Shown here piece after piece: positions 55,836 through 63,099 of a DNA stretch of 64,000 bases. The notes under the pieces were generated by a model, which worked only from the letters and a program-made list of their open reading frames with translations, had not been told where the DNA came from and did no database searches. The first letter of the stretch is position 1. The number at the start of each line of letters is the position of its first letter. Source of the DNA: a virus (Duplodnaviria > Heunggongvirae > Uroviricota > Caudoviricetes); IMG/VR virus record IMGVR_UViG_3300026549_000070; one strand, written 5' to 3'. A program made the position numbers and the translations under genes.

Positions 55836-56132
55836 ATGACTAAGTATGACAAGAAAGCCGCTTGGGAAACTGTTGAAGTTGTTTATTGGATTGGCAACAC
55901 AAAATGCCACGAAACATTACGGAGTTTCTTTTCAAAAAGGCCTGTGTATCACTTCCATAAGACAATGAAATATATGGGAGTTGTTGTTGCATTCAATCCA
56001 ATTTACACTGACAGTGAATCACATCTTCCAAAAGATTGTGTTATATTTTCTTGTACAAGTCTTTATTGGAAGGCTTGCAAAAAAGTTATAAAATGGGGTA
56101 TGAAATATGACCGTAAAGTTAATATAGATTAA
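55836..56132 (+). CDS. hypothetical protein (98 aa)
   Basis: RBS attgaggtgacaaatg. Confidence 0.45.
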   Translation: MTKYDKKAAWETVEVVYWIGNTKCHETLRSFFSKRPVYHFHKTMKYMGVVVAFNPIYTDSESHLPKDCVIFSCTSLYWKACKKVIKWGMKYDRKVNID

Positions 56133-56141
56133 GGAGTCAAT

Positions 56142-56759
56142 ATGTTTGGAAAGAAGAAAGATTTTACAGATTTTGTAATCAGAAAATATGAAGGACAGGA
56201 TATTTATTATTCTGCACCTGAATATGTTGACGGCGTACAAAAAGGTGAAAAAGAAAGAGACCAACTTCTTAAAGAAAAGTTTGTTAAAATTTGGAATCAC
56301 AACATTCCTAACCTCGAACAGTATTATGCACAAGCTGAGTCTCACGAATGGAACAAGAGAGAGAAGCGCTTCATAATAAGAGGCTACAACATCAACTATG
56401 AATATTATTTGAAAAGTGAAATTGAAGCTTTGGGATTTGTTCCACTTACAAAAAACTATGAAAATATGATTGGCGTTTTGGATGTAAAGTACTATCATAT
56501 TTATAACGGTGGTGGCTATTATGTATCACCTATAGATTTGAAAAGAATTGAAAAAGCAGTTGAAACAGAACAGAAGCCGCTGGTATTAAAAGGTACCGAT
56601 TGGCCTTATTGGTTTAAGATTGATGGTGAACTTATTCCAAGTACAACATCAAATTGGTTCAATTATCTTTATACAGACCGTAAAATTATTACAGAAAAGA
56701 TGCTAGAAGTTTACACCGGCCCTGACAAATATGAGGGACACAGGAATGAATGCAAATGA
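56142..56759 (+). CDS. hypothetical protein (205 aa)
   Basis: RBS taaggagtcaatatg. Confidence 0.45.
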   Translation: MFGKKKDFTDFVIRKYEGQDIYYSAPEYVDGVQKGEKERDQLLKEKFVKIWNHNIPNLEQYYAQAESHEWNKREKRFIIRGYNINYEYYLKSEIEALGFVPLTKNYENMIGVLDVKYYHIYNGGGYYVSPIDLKRIEKAVETEQKPLVLKGTDWPYWFKIDGELIPSTTSNWFNYLYTDRKIITEKMLEVYTGPDKYEGHRNECK

Positions 56760-56922
56760 GCTGTTAATTAAACTTGGGATGATTGTTTCAAAACATCTTA
56801 ATGCGGAGGTGGTTATTCGCGATCGTTATGGTAATGATTATCATATTACTGATGTTTGTGATAACAACGATGTAATCGCTATTAAGCTCGAGCAATCAAT
56901 CTGTGAGGACGATGGAAAATGA
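56731..56922 (+). CDS. hypothetical small protein (63 aa)
   Basis: ORF overlapping the previous gene. Confidence 0.3.
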   Translation: MRDTGMNANELLIKLGMIVSKHLNAEVVIRDRYGNDYHITDVCDNNDVIAIKLEQSICEDDGK

Positions 56923-57179
56923 AAGATAATTGGTGTGTTCACGAGAACTGCTTAATTTACACAGGCCTTGACTTTGTTGCTTTTGTTGAGCCAACAAATA
57001 AACCTGAACTTGTAAAGTATCAGGTAAGAATTACAAAAGGTGATGGCAGCGAAGATAAGTCGGAGATCAAAAACTATTATTATACCTTACAATCGGCAGT
57101 ACAGTATGTTGAGCGATTCTTTGATATGCCAATCTTCAAACAACGAGAACAGTTCTCGATGGAAAGCAAAGTATCATAA
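56919..57179 (+). CDS. hypothetical protein (86 aa)
   Basis: ATGA overlap. Confidence 0.4.
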   Translation: MKDNWCVHENCLIYTGLDFVAFVEPTNKPELVKYQVRITKGDGSEDKSEIKNYYYTLQSAVQYVERFFDMPIFKQREQFSMESKVS

Positions 57180-57203
57180 AAAATTGAAACTTTTAAAATA
57201 AAT

Positions 57204-57240
57204 AAGGCGGGCTTTTTGCTCGCCTTTACTAATTTATAAG
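57204..57240 (+). terminator. possible terminator
   Basis: aaggcgggc-ttttt-gctcgcctt followed by tactaattt (imperfect stem, weak T-run). Confidence 0.3.
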
Positions 57241-57251
57241 AGGATATTTTA

Positions 57252-58439
57252 ATGGAAAAGATGATTGAAGACCTCCTTAACAGAGGATATGCATATGATA
57301 CTTTCCGTGAAGGAAATCTTTTTGATTCTTACGATGGTCTTGAAGCTGATGTTGACTTTTGGTATGGCAGATATTGCGAAGATGTTGACGCAGGCGTAAA
57401 TGACCCAGATGTAGGAATTGTTGAATATATCGCAGGAAAGATTGATGAAGAACACCCAACAGAAAATCCTGAACAGTTTAACAGCTTGATGAGATGGGTA
57501 AGAGAAATACTTCCAAAAATTGAAAAGAACTGGTCAGTAAATATTCGTGAAGCACAGATTGGCGGAACAATGCAGTACGCAAATGGCGAAGCATCAGGCC
57601 GCGCTCTTGCTGGCGATCTTGCTAACAAAGGCATTCGTGATATAACACCAGGGCCTAACGGAAGAGGACAGGCAGAAGTTGATAAAACAGGCGTTTATGT
57701 AGGCGTTCCTATGGGACCTGATAAAACCGCTTGGGCTAACCCAGTTGCAGCAAAGAACTCAATGTCTCCTGCCGCAGCTGCTCGTGTTGATAAGTTTCAG
57801 AAAGCTTACGCTGCAGCTCCAGCAAAAGAAAAGGCAGCAATGCAGGACTGGTCTCCTGAAAAGCCTGATATGTCAATGAACAAGAATGCTCAGGTTGTTG
57901 ATAACAACACTGGAACTGTAATGCCAACTGCACAACAGCCACAGGCAAAATCTTCAATTCTTCAGAAGCTTGGCCTCAAAGAAAGTTTGTTTAATAAAAT
58001 CCTTGAAGCTGATAAGCCCGCTAAAGATGAAAAGACAACATTCTTTGAAAGTCTTATTCAAATAAATGAGTCTTCTGCTAACAAAACTGCAAATGCAATC
58101 GTAAAGCAACTTAACAATTTTGATGGTACCGATGCAGGAGCTAAAGAATTGGTAAATTATATTTCTAAGTTCTTAGGTCAGGCAAATGCACAGGGAGAGC
58201 AAGGACTTCAGAATGATCTTCCTCAGTTCTTCCAAAATCACAATGGAGTCGAGAATATGATTCTCGCCGCAGCAGCAATTCGCTGTAAGAATGTTGGTGC
58301 AGCTCTTAATTTCTATAAAAGATATGGAAATCAACTTGGTGCAAATATCAATCCTGATGTCGTTGCTCGGGCAATTCAGGCTGCTCAAGAAAATCCAAAC
58401 TTGGCTTTGGAGCAAGCACAACAACAGGTTCAACAGTAA
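57252..58439 (+). CDS. hypothetical Ala/Gln/Asn-rich protein (395 aa), possibly structural
   Basis: RBS taagaggatattttaatg. Confidence 0.45.
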   Translation: MEKMIEDLLNRGYAYDTFREGNLFDSYDGLEADVDFWYGRYCEDVDAGVNDPDVGIVEYIAGKIDEEHPTENPEQFNSLMRWVREILPKIEKNWSVNIREAQIGGTMQYANGEASGRALAGDLANKGIRDITPGPNGRGQAEVDKTGVYVGVPMGPDKTAWANPVAAKNSMSPAAAARVDKFQKAYAAAPAKEKAAMQDWSPEKPDMSMNKNAQVVDNNTGTVMPTAQQPQAKSSILQKLGLKESLFNKILEADKPAKDEKTTFFESLIQINESSANKTANAIVKQLNNFDGTDAGAKELVNYISKFLGQANAQGEQGLQNDLPQFFQNHNGVENMILAAAAIRCKNVGAALNFYKRYGNQLGANINPDVVARAIQAAQENPNLALEQAQQQVQQ

Positions 58440-58460
58440 CAGCTTAAAGTGTTAATATAA

Positions 58461-58496
58461 TACCTGTGGCTGTTGCTGCAGGTATTTTTTTTTTGA
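58461..58496 (+). terminator. rho-independent terminator
   Basis: acctgtggc-tgttg-ctgcaggt followed by T10. Confidence 0.55.
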
Positions 58497-58552
58497 AAAT
58501 ATTTAAGAATTTTTTGAACTTTTTCAAACATTCTTTTATATTATTATTGTCA
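58496..58552 (+). promoter_or_regulatory. class I conserved promoter with an extended upstream element; this 54-nt block is repeated exactly at 60965..61018
   Basis: aaaatatttaagaattttttgaactttttcaaacattcttttatattattattgt. Confidence 0.55.
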
Positions 58553-58575
58553 AAAACGTAAACAAGGAGGCAGGT

Positions 58576-58800
58576 ATGACAAAGACAGTAACAGCAACTT
58601 GGAACTTCGATTTGGATGCAGGAAAGGATAAGGGATTTGTTCTTCTTGTAGGTTTCAACAGTGACGGTTCAAAGGGTATTGGATATGGTCTTTGGGATGA
58701 TCACAAAAATGCTTGGTTGTCTGACTCAACTCTTGAGCCGATGCCAAATTTCACTCCTAAAGCTTGGTTGAAAGACGCAACTCTCATTCCTGAGATGTAA
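58576..58800 (+). CDS. hypothetical early protein (74 aa)
   Basis: RBS acaaggaggcaggtatg. Confidence 0.5.
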   Translation: MTKTVTATWNFDLDAGKDKGFVLLVGFNSDGSKGIGYGLWDDHKNAWLSDSTLEPMPNFTPKAWLKDATLIPEM

Positions 58801-58806
58801 TTTTTT

Positions 58807-58879
58807 GGTTCCTTCGAATAACTGGTTAATTCGCGAGCCTCTCAAGCTCGAAAAATGGGTTCAAGCCCCGTAGGAACCA
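58807..58879 (+). tRNA. tRNA-Glu (anticodon CUC)
   Basis: Full cloverleaf by hand: acceptor GGUUCCU/AGGAACC; D stem GAAU/AUUC; anticodon stem CGAGC/GCUCG with loop CUCUCAA; T-arm with UUCAAGC loop. Confidence 0.55.
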
Positions 58880-59008
58880 TATTTGACAACTTCGATGTAG
58901 ATGGCTACACAGAGAACGGGAAATATGAGGAGTTATACTCAACCGCTGGAAGCACCGGATGGTAAAGGCCTGTATATGACGACGCAGGATGAAGTCGATA
59001 CCGTCAAA

Positions 59009-59121
59009 GGAGAACATTAGTTCGAAAGCTCAAAAAGCAGTGCACGGCAAAGTAGAGCAGGGTCTAGAACGCTGGGTGTAGTATGCTCAGAAACTGAGGT
59101 TCGAATCCTCTATGTTCTAAA
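59009..59121 (+). ncRNA. tRNA-like element, 113 nt (acceptor AGAACAU/AUGUUCU plus T-arm); too long for a simple tRNA, so possibly intron-containing
   Basis: Perfect acceptor complementarity flanks the T-arm UGAGG-UUCGAAU-CCUCU. Confidence 0.25.
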
Positions 59122-59179
59122 GGTTGGCAACCAAACCTCTAAGGTTCCATACAAGCAGGAGCAATCTGTAAGGCTTGTT

Positions 59180-59266
59180 AAGTGCGATGAAGGAAAAAGG
59201 TAAGGCTTATACACCCTCTGGGTTGACGCACACTGAGAGCGGGTTCAATTCCCGACTGCACTTATA
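59180..59266 (+). ncRNA. tRNA-like element (T-arm GCGGG-UUCAAUU-CCCGA; acceptor AGUGCGA/CUGCACU with one mismatch)
   Basis: T-arm plus acceptor complementarity; the D arm is unresolved. Confidence 0.25.
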
Positions 59267-59271
59267 CTGAT

Positions 59272-59346
59272 GGTGGAAATTGTTGGATCCGTGAAGTTCG
59301 CAAGGCTGGAGTAACGGCAAGGTTCAAGTCCTTGTTTCACTTATAT
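59272..59346 (+). ncRNA. tRNA-like element (T-arm CAAGG-UUCAAGU-CCUUG; acceptor GGUGGAA/UUUCACU with G-U pairs)
   Basis: T-arm plus acceptor complementarity; interior unresolved. Confidence 0.25.
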
Positions 59347-59351
59347 CTTAC

Positions 59352-59440
59352 TCGGGAGTAAAGAGTAATTGGTACCTCCCCAGACTTTGATTCTGGTGAC
59401 GCATATCAGCGTCGTGCAGGTTCGAATCCCGCCTTCCGAA
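59352..59440 (+). tRNA. type II-like tRNA (long variable-arm hairpin GACGC-auauca-GCGUC) with an anticodon loop reading UUG; two extra nt before the D stem; identity uncertain
   Basis: Acceptor UCGGGAG/CUUCCGA; anticodon stem CCAGA/UCUGG with loop CUUUGAU; T-arm GCAGG-UUCGAAU-CCCGC. Confidence 0.3.
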
Positions 59441-59604
59441 CTAGGAGTTCATTAAACGTCACTATGGGTGAAAGTCCCATCAACCTCGCAGCAGTGATGC
59501 TACTCGTATGGCTTGCAAAAATCGAATGCAGGTAGCGGGGCTGTAGTTTGAGAAAGTAAAACCGGCAAGAACTCTTTCTCCTTACTAATTATTAAGAGGA
59601 CAAT

Positions 59605-60204
59605 ATGATTGAACAAAATGATGCACAAGAATGTTTAGACAGTTTGCTTGATAAGCTTGAGGATGCAGGTATTCCGTGTCCAACACTTTCTATAAATGTT
59701 GTCGACTTTGACTTCACAGGAATGAAAGCAAAGTACAACATTTCAGAAAAAAGTATTTCTGTTTGGAAAAAAGTTTCTAAAGAGGACTTGTCTAAATATG
59801 TTGCACACGAATTATGTCACGCATTTGAAAGATTGAATGGTGTCCCAGTTATTGTAGGCGGCGAACTTTCAGATATGTATGATGTAATCAACACTGACTC
59901 TTTGCGTCATAAGTTTATGAAGTTGATAAGTTTATTCCAAATTCTCTCAAGAGTTTGGACAAGCTTTGAAGCAGCAGAAAATTGCATCGAGAAGCTTGAT
60001 ACACTTATTGATGAGCTTTATGATATTGCCAGCGATGGCGATCCTGAGAACAAAGAGTTCTGCAAAGCTTTCTTTTCAAATTATGATAAGATTTATGACA
60101 GCGTAACTTATTATGCAGATGGCGGTCATAACGAAGATTTCCTTAATTGGAAAGATAAGTTATCAAAATTGTTTGGAATTGAAATTCCTACAGCAGAAGA
60201 CTAA
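59605..60204 (+). CDS. hypothetical protein (199 aa)
   Basis: RBS aagaggacaatatg. Confidence 0.45.
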   Translation: MIEQNDAQECLDSLLDKLEDAGIPCPTLSINVVDFDFTGMKAKYNISEKSISVWKKVSKEDLSKYVAHELCHAFERLNGVPVIVGGELSDMYDVINTDSLRHKFMKLISLFQILSRVWTSFEAAENCIEKLDTLIDELYDIASDGDPENKEFCKAFFSNYDKIYDSVTYYADGGHNEDFLNWKDKLSKLFGIEIPTAED

Positions 60205-60446
60205 AAATATGTTAATATAAAAATACGAAAAATAAATTACCACTCTTACATTTTTTAAGAGTGGTACTAATTGAAATATATTAAGGAAGGGTTATTAAAA
60301 ATGACTTCATTGTATTCATTGACAGCAGAAGTTCTCACAACAAGATCATTATTGAATAATGATGTTAGAACTGCTATCACTACAGATGAATACGATTATA
60401 ATGAAGAAGATACGAGGTTGCCTTAGAGAACTGAGAAATGTTTCCC

Positions 60447-60484
60447 TGAGGCAAACCGATGAAGGTTTGCCTTTTTTGTTTTAT
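60447..60484 (+). terminator. rho-independent terminator
   Basis: gaggcaaacc-gatgaa-ggtttgcct followed by tttttgtttt. Confidence 0.6.
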
Positions 60485-60513
60485 ACAAAAATTGCAAAAA
60501 AAATAAAAATTTT

Positions 60514-60550
60514 TGAACTTTGAAAAAACTTCTTTTATATTATTATTGTC
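60514..60550 (+). promoter_or_regulatory. class I conserved promoter
   Basis: ttgaactttgaaaaaacttcttttatattattattgt. Confidence 0.55.
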
Positions 60551-60584
60551 AAAACGCAATATTGTTTTTATAAAGGAGTAAAAC

Positions 60585-60893
60585 ATGAAAACAATTCATT
60601 TGGAAAACATTAAAAAAATTGATGGTAAGCCTTGCAAAATTATTTACAATGGAGCTTGTGCTTTTGAAATTGATGTCGATTATATGGACGGCAGACGAAA
60701 CCTTAATTATATCATCAATAAAATCTGTGAAACCAATACAGAAACTTTTGTTATTCGTCCAGGAGACAAAATTATTTCTGATGGTAAAACAGGCGAAATT
60801 GTAAAATACAGTGATTTTGCATACGGCATCGATTATGAGGACGGCAAATCAGGTGATTTTGAGTTTTTACCTGAATGTTTCAAGATACTTTAA
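60585..60893 (+). CDS. hypothetical early protein (102 aa)
   Basis: RBS taaaggagtaaaacatg. Confidence 0.5.
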   Translation: MKTIHLENIKKIDGKPCKIIYNGACAFEIDVDYMDGRRNLNYIINKICETNTETFVIRPGDKIISDGKTGEIVKYSDFAYGIDYEDGKSGDFEFLPECFKIL

Positions 60894-60921
60894 TTGCTCC
60901 TTATAATTTGTTGTTCTTAAG

Positions 60922-60960
60922 CTCGAGAAACGAGAAAACTTATTTCTCGAGTTAATTATT
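60922..60960 (+). terminator. probable terminator
   Basis: ctcgagaaa-cgagaaaacttat-tttctcgag followed by ttaattatt. Confidence 0.4.
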
Positions 60961-60964
60961 GACA

Positions 60965-61018
60965 AAAATATTTAAGAATTTTTTGAACTTTTTCAAACAT
61001 TCTTTTATATTATTATTG
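60965..61018 (+). promoter_or_regulatory. class I conserved promoter (exact 54-nt repeat of 58496..58549) driving the downstream tRNA array
   Basis: Identical 54-mer; the first tRNA begins ~50 nt downstream. Confidence 0.55.
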
Positions 61019-61065
61019 TAAACTGATACAAAAGGTTTACAACAAAAGAAGGAAACTTCAAATAT

Positions 61066-61138
61066 GGTTCCGTAGATCAACTGGTTAGATCGCGGCCCTT
61101 TCAAGGCTGAAATCCGAGTTCAAGTCTCGGCGGATCTA
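61066..61138 (+). tRNA. tRNA-Glu (anticodon UUC), with one U-U mismatch in the acceptor
   Basis: Acceptor GGUUCCG/CGGAUCU; D stem GAUC/GAUC; anticodon stem CGGCC/GGCUG with loop CUUUCAA; T-arm CCGAG-UUCAAGU-CUCGG. Confidence 0.5.
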
Positions 61139-61144
61139 AGAACG

Positions 61145-61224
61145 TTAAACGGAATAAAATAACAGCTTGGTTGCTGCCACCTCGTGGTATCGTTCGGTGG
61201 AAGGTTCGAATCCTTGAAAAAGCA
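61145..61224 (+). ncRNA. orphan T-arm-containing tRNA-like fragment
   Basis: GAAGG-UUCGAAU-CCUUG, but no complementary 5' acceptor was found upstream. Confidence 0.2.
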
Positions 61225-61273
61225 TACGGGTAATTCTTTTCCTTGCAAAAGGTTTCTTATACCTAGAATTTTT

Positions 61274-61312
61274 GGGGTATTGGTGGAGTTGGCTACCACG
61301 CTAGCCTGTGAT
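61274..61312 (+). tRNA. 5' half of a tRNA-His-like gene (acceptor GGGGUAU, D-arm GUGG-AGUUGGCUA-CCAC, anticodon stem CUAGC and loop CUGUGAU, so anticodon GUG), interrupted after the anticodon loop
   Basis: Canonical 5' half by hand; the 3' anticodon strand GCUAG does not follow here but is found at 62008, downstream of the inserted ORF. Confidence 0.4.
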
Positions 61313-61328
61313 ATATACTAATTATTAT

Positions 61329-61988
61329 ATGAGAGAACAGAAAAACGCATATAACAATTGGAAATGTACAGTTTGCGGAAATGTTTTTAGAACAAGAGCT
61401 TTGCTTCAAACTCATAGAAAAGAGCAGCATAGTGAAATTAAGATGACGTCTAGTTTTACAGACTTAATTTCTTATGATTGTCCTTTTTGTGGAAGGCATA
61501 GAGCTAATGTTAGAAGATGCGCTAAATCAGCACATATTTTACATTGTTCTAAAAACCCAGACAGAGTTCCTAAAAAGGGGCATAAACTGTCTGATGAACA
61601 AAAAAAGCTTATTTCTGAAAAAATGAAAAAAGCACATCTAGAAGGACGTGCTGGGACATTTCCTTCTAGAAAAAATTGTGAGCACAGCTATCCAGAAAAA
61701 TGGCTAATTGGTGTTCTTAATAGAGAGCTTGGTTTTATAGAAGATAAAGATTATAAAACTGAGTATTTCTTTCATAAACAGTTTTTAGATTTTGCTTGGC
61801 CAGAAAGAAAATTATGTATTGAAATTGATGGTCAACAACACGAAAGATTTGTTGAAAGAAAATTAAATGATGCTAAAAAAGATGAAAATCTTAAAGCAGA
61901 AAATTGGAAACTTTTAAGGCTTAGGTGGTCTGATATTTGTAATAATACCCAAGAGTATATTCAGCAAATATTAAGTTTTCTAAAATAA
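61329..61988 (+). CDS. homing endonuclease-like protein (C2H2-type zinc fingers, a NUMOD-like motif, and a DUF559/Vsr-like endonuclease domain) inserted within the tRNA array
   Basis: WKCTVCGNVFRTRALLQTHRKEQH; KGHKLSDEQKKLISEKM; FLDFAWPERKLCIEIDGQQH...LLRLRW (the DUF559 signature). Confidence 0.6.
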   Translation: MREQKNAYNNWKCTVCGNVFRTRALLQTHRKEQHSEIKMTSSFTDLISYDCPFCGRHRANVRRCAKSAHILHCSKNPDRVPKKGHKLSDEQKKLISEKMKKAHLEGRAGTFPSRKNCEHSYPEKWLIGVLNRELGFIEDKDYKTEYFFHKQFLDFAWPERKLCIEIDGQQHERFVERKLNDAKKDENLKAENWKLLRLRWSDICNNTQEYIQQILSFLK

Positions 61989-62007
61989 ATGGTTTTGCAA
62001 GCAGCAG

Positions 62008-62062
62008 CTAGCAGGTCAGACTGTTTATCGGAAGGTCGCGAGTTCGATGCTCGCATATCCCG
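62008..62062 (+). tRNA. candidate 3' portion of the split tRNA-His-like gene: GCUAG complementary to the 5' anticodon strand, a 25-nt spacer, T-arm GCGAG-UUCGAUG-CUCGC, and acceptor 3' strand AUAUCCC complementary to GGGGUAU
   Basis: The acceptor 3' strand pairs with the 5' half at 61274, with G-U pairs allowed. The long spacer is atypical for tRNA-His. Confidence 0.3.
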
Positions 62063-62067
62063 CTACC

Positions 62068-62124
62068 GACAATAGGAACCGACGATAAGATGTTGACAAT
62101 AGGTTCCGACGATAGGGAATATTT
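62068..62124. repeat. four tandem ~11-bp direct repeats (CCGACAATAGG / CCGACGATAAG / TTGACAATAGG / CCGACGATAGG)
   Basis: Seen directly in the sequence between the tRNA-His 3' part and tRNA-Asn. Confidence 0.5.
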
Positions 62125-62199
62125 GCTCCGTTAGCTCTTAACGGTTAGAGCGGAGGACTGTTAATCCTAAGGTTGCAGGTTCGAATCCTGCACGGAGCG
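62125..62199 (+). tRNA. tRNA-Asn (anticodon GUU)
   Basis: Clean cloverleaf: acceptor GCUCCGU/ACGGAGC; D stem GCUC/GAGC; anticodon loop CUGUUAA; T-arm GCAGG-UUCGAAU-CCUGC. Confidence 0.65.
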
Positions 62200-62276
62200 T
62201 AAAGTTTGAAAGTCAATATATCTTTTGAACGAGCTGCTATACTTCCGTCCAGTCTTAGAAGTAGTTCACAGTTTTT

Positions 62277-62348
62277 GGTTCCGTCGGCTAACGGCTAGGC
62301 CATCTGGTTTTCATCCAGAGAACGAAGGTTCGACTCCTTTCGGAACTG
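62277..62348 (+). tRNA. tRNA-Glu (anticodon UUC), second copy
   Basis: Acceptor GGUUCCG/CGGAACU; D stem GGCU/GGCC; anticodon stem UCUGG/CCAGA with loop UUUUCAU; T-arm GAAGG-UUCGACU-CCUUU. Confidence 0.55.
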
Positions 62349-62360
62349 TACATTATGCTT

Positions 62361-62436
62361 GCCCTTGTAGCTTAGTTGGTCTAAAGCACCCGCCCTGTAA
62401 GCGGGAGATCCACGGTTCGAATCCAGTGCTAGGGCT
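62361..62436 (+). tRNA. tRNA-Thr-like (anticodon UGU) with non-canonical C33 and a bulged T-stem; possibly degenerate
   Basis: Acceptor GCCCUUG/CUAGGGC (one mismatch); D stem GCUU/AAGC; anticodon stem CCCGC/GCGGG with loop CCUGUAA. Confidence 0.35.
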
Positions 62437-62444
62437 TACAATTT

Positions 62445-62532
62445 GGGATGGTATGTCCAGTGGCGAAGACAAATGACTGTAAATCATTCACCCTTGTGGT
62501 AAACATCGGGGGTTCGACTCCCTCTCATCCCA
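62445..62532 (+). tRNA. tRNA-Tyr (anticodon GUA), type II with a 19-nt variable arm
   Basis: Acceptor GGGAUGG/UCAUCCC; D stem UGUC/GACA; anticodon stem AAUGA/UCAUU with loop CUGUAAA; T-arm GGGGG-UUCGACU-CCCUC. Confidence 0.6.
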
Positions 62533-62877
62533 CTACTTTCAACTTCATTCTAGACAGAAGTTGACAAAAGTACAAACCTTTGTGAGACGAGCTCGCATTT
62601 GTTGGCTTAATCGTAGTAAGCCTAGGCACCTGTAGCTCCTTAACCCCTGAGAGTTTCTCGCGCGAAACGAAACTCTTGGATAAGTGCGGACATTAAGATC
62701 AAGTATCGGGCGTTCCGTTTGAAAGGTGGTTTGTTTATTGGTCTATTAGTGAAGCAGCTAACACGCCTGCCTGTCACGCAGGAGATGACCGGGGCAGCAC
62801 CGGTATAGACCGTACATATCGCAAATAGCGCGATAAGTTCTTTGACATATATGATTTCTTTGTTTTGTTTTTTACAT
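62533..62877 (+). ncRNA. ~345-nt non-coding, GC-rich structured spacer between tRNA-Tyr and the next tRNA-like gene (function unknown)
   Basis: No plausible ORF on either strand; many local hairpins, e.g. gagagtttctcgcgcgaaacgaaactcttgg. Confidence 0.25.
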
Positions 62878-62958
62878 TTCAGGGTATCACTAATGGTAAG
62901 TTGCAAGGCTCATAACCTTGTGCCGAAAGGCTTGTGGGTTCAAATCCCACCCCTGAGT
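62878..62958 (+). tRNA. tRNA-like gene with a CAU anticodon and an unusual hairpin variable arm (GCC-gaaa-GGC); acceptor and D stems imperfect
   Basis: Anticodon stem CAAGG/CCUUG with loop CUCAUAA; T-arm GUGGG-UUCAAAU-CCCAC; acceptor UUCAGGG/CCCUGAG with a U-G pair. Confidence 0.35.
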
Positions 62959-63099
62959 CTTTTGGAGGACAGTAAGAAATCCTACTTCTTATTGAAGAGT
63001 TTTCATTCGAGACTTTTCTAACTCCAAGTTTCATTTTTTTTCCTTTTTATACTAAATTGTATAAAGAGCCGTAGGAAGCTCGTTAAAGGAGAAAATCGA

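Noticed and set aside
62068-62124. Possible CRISPR array suggested by short direct repeats
   Set aside because: Repeats are only ~11 bp with 2-4-nt spacers, there are four imperfect copies and no unique spacers. This does not match CRISPR architecture.
62225-62906. ORF 62225..62476 (+) and ORF 62640..62906 (-)
   Set aside because: Both lie entirely over hand-folded tRNA genes (Glu, Thr-like, Tyr) or the GC-rich structured spacer. No RBS is present, so they were judged non-coding.
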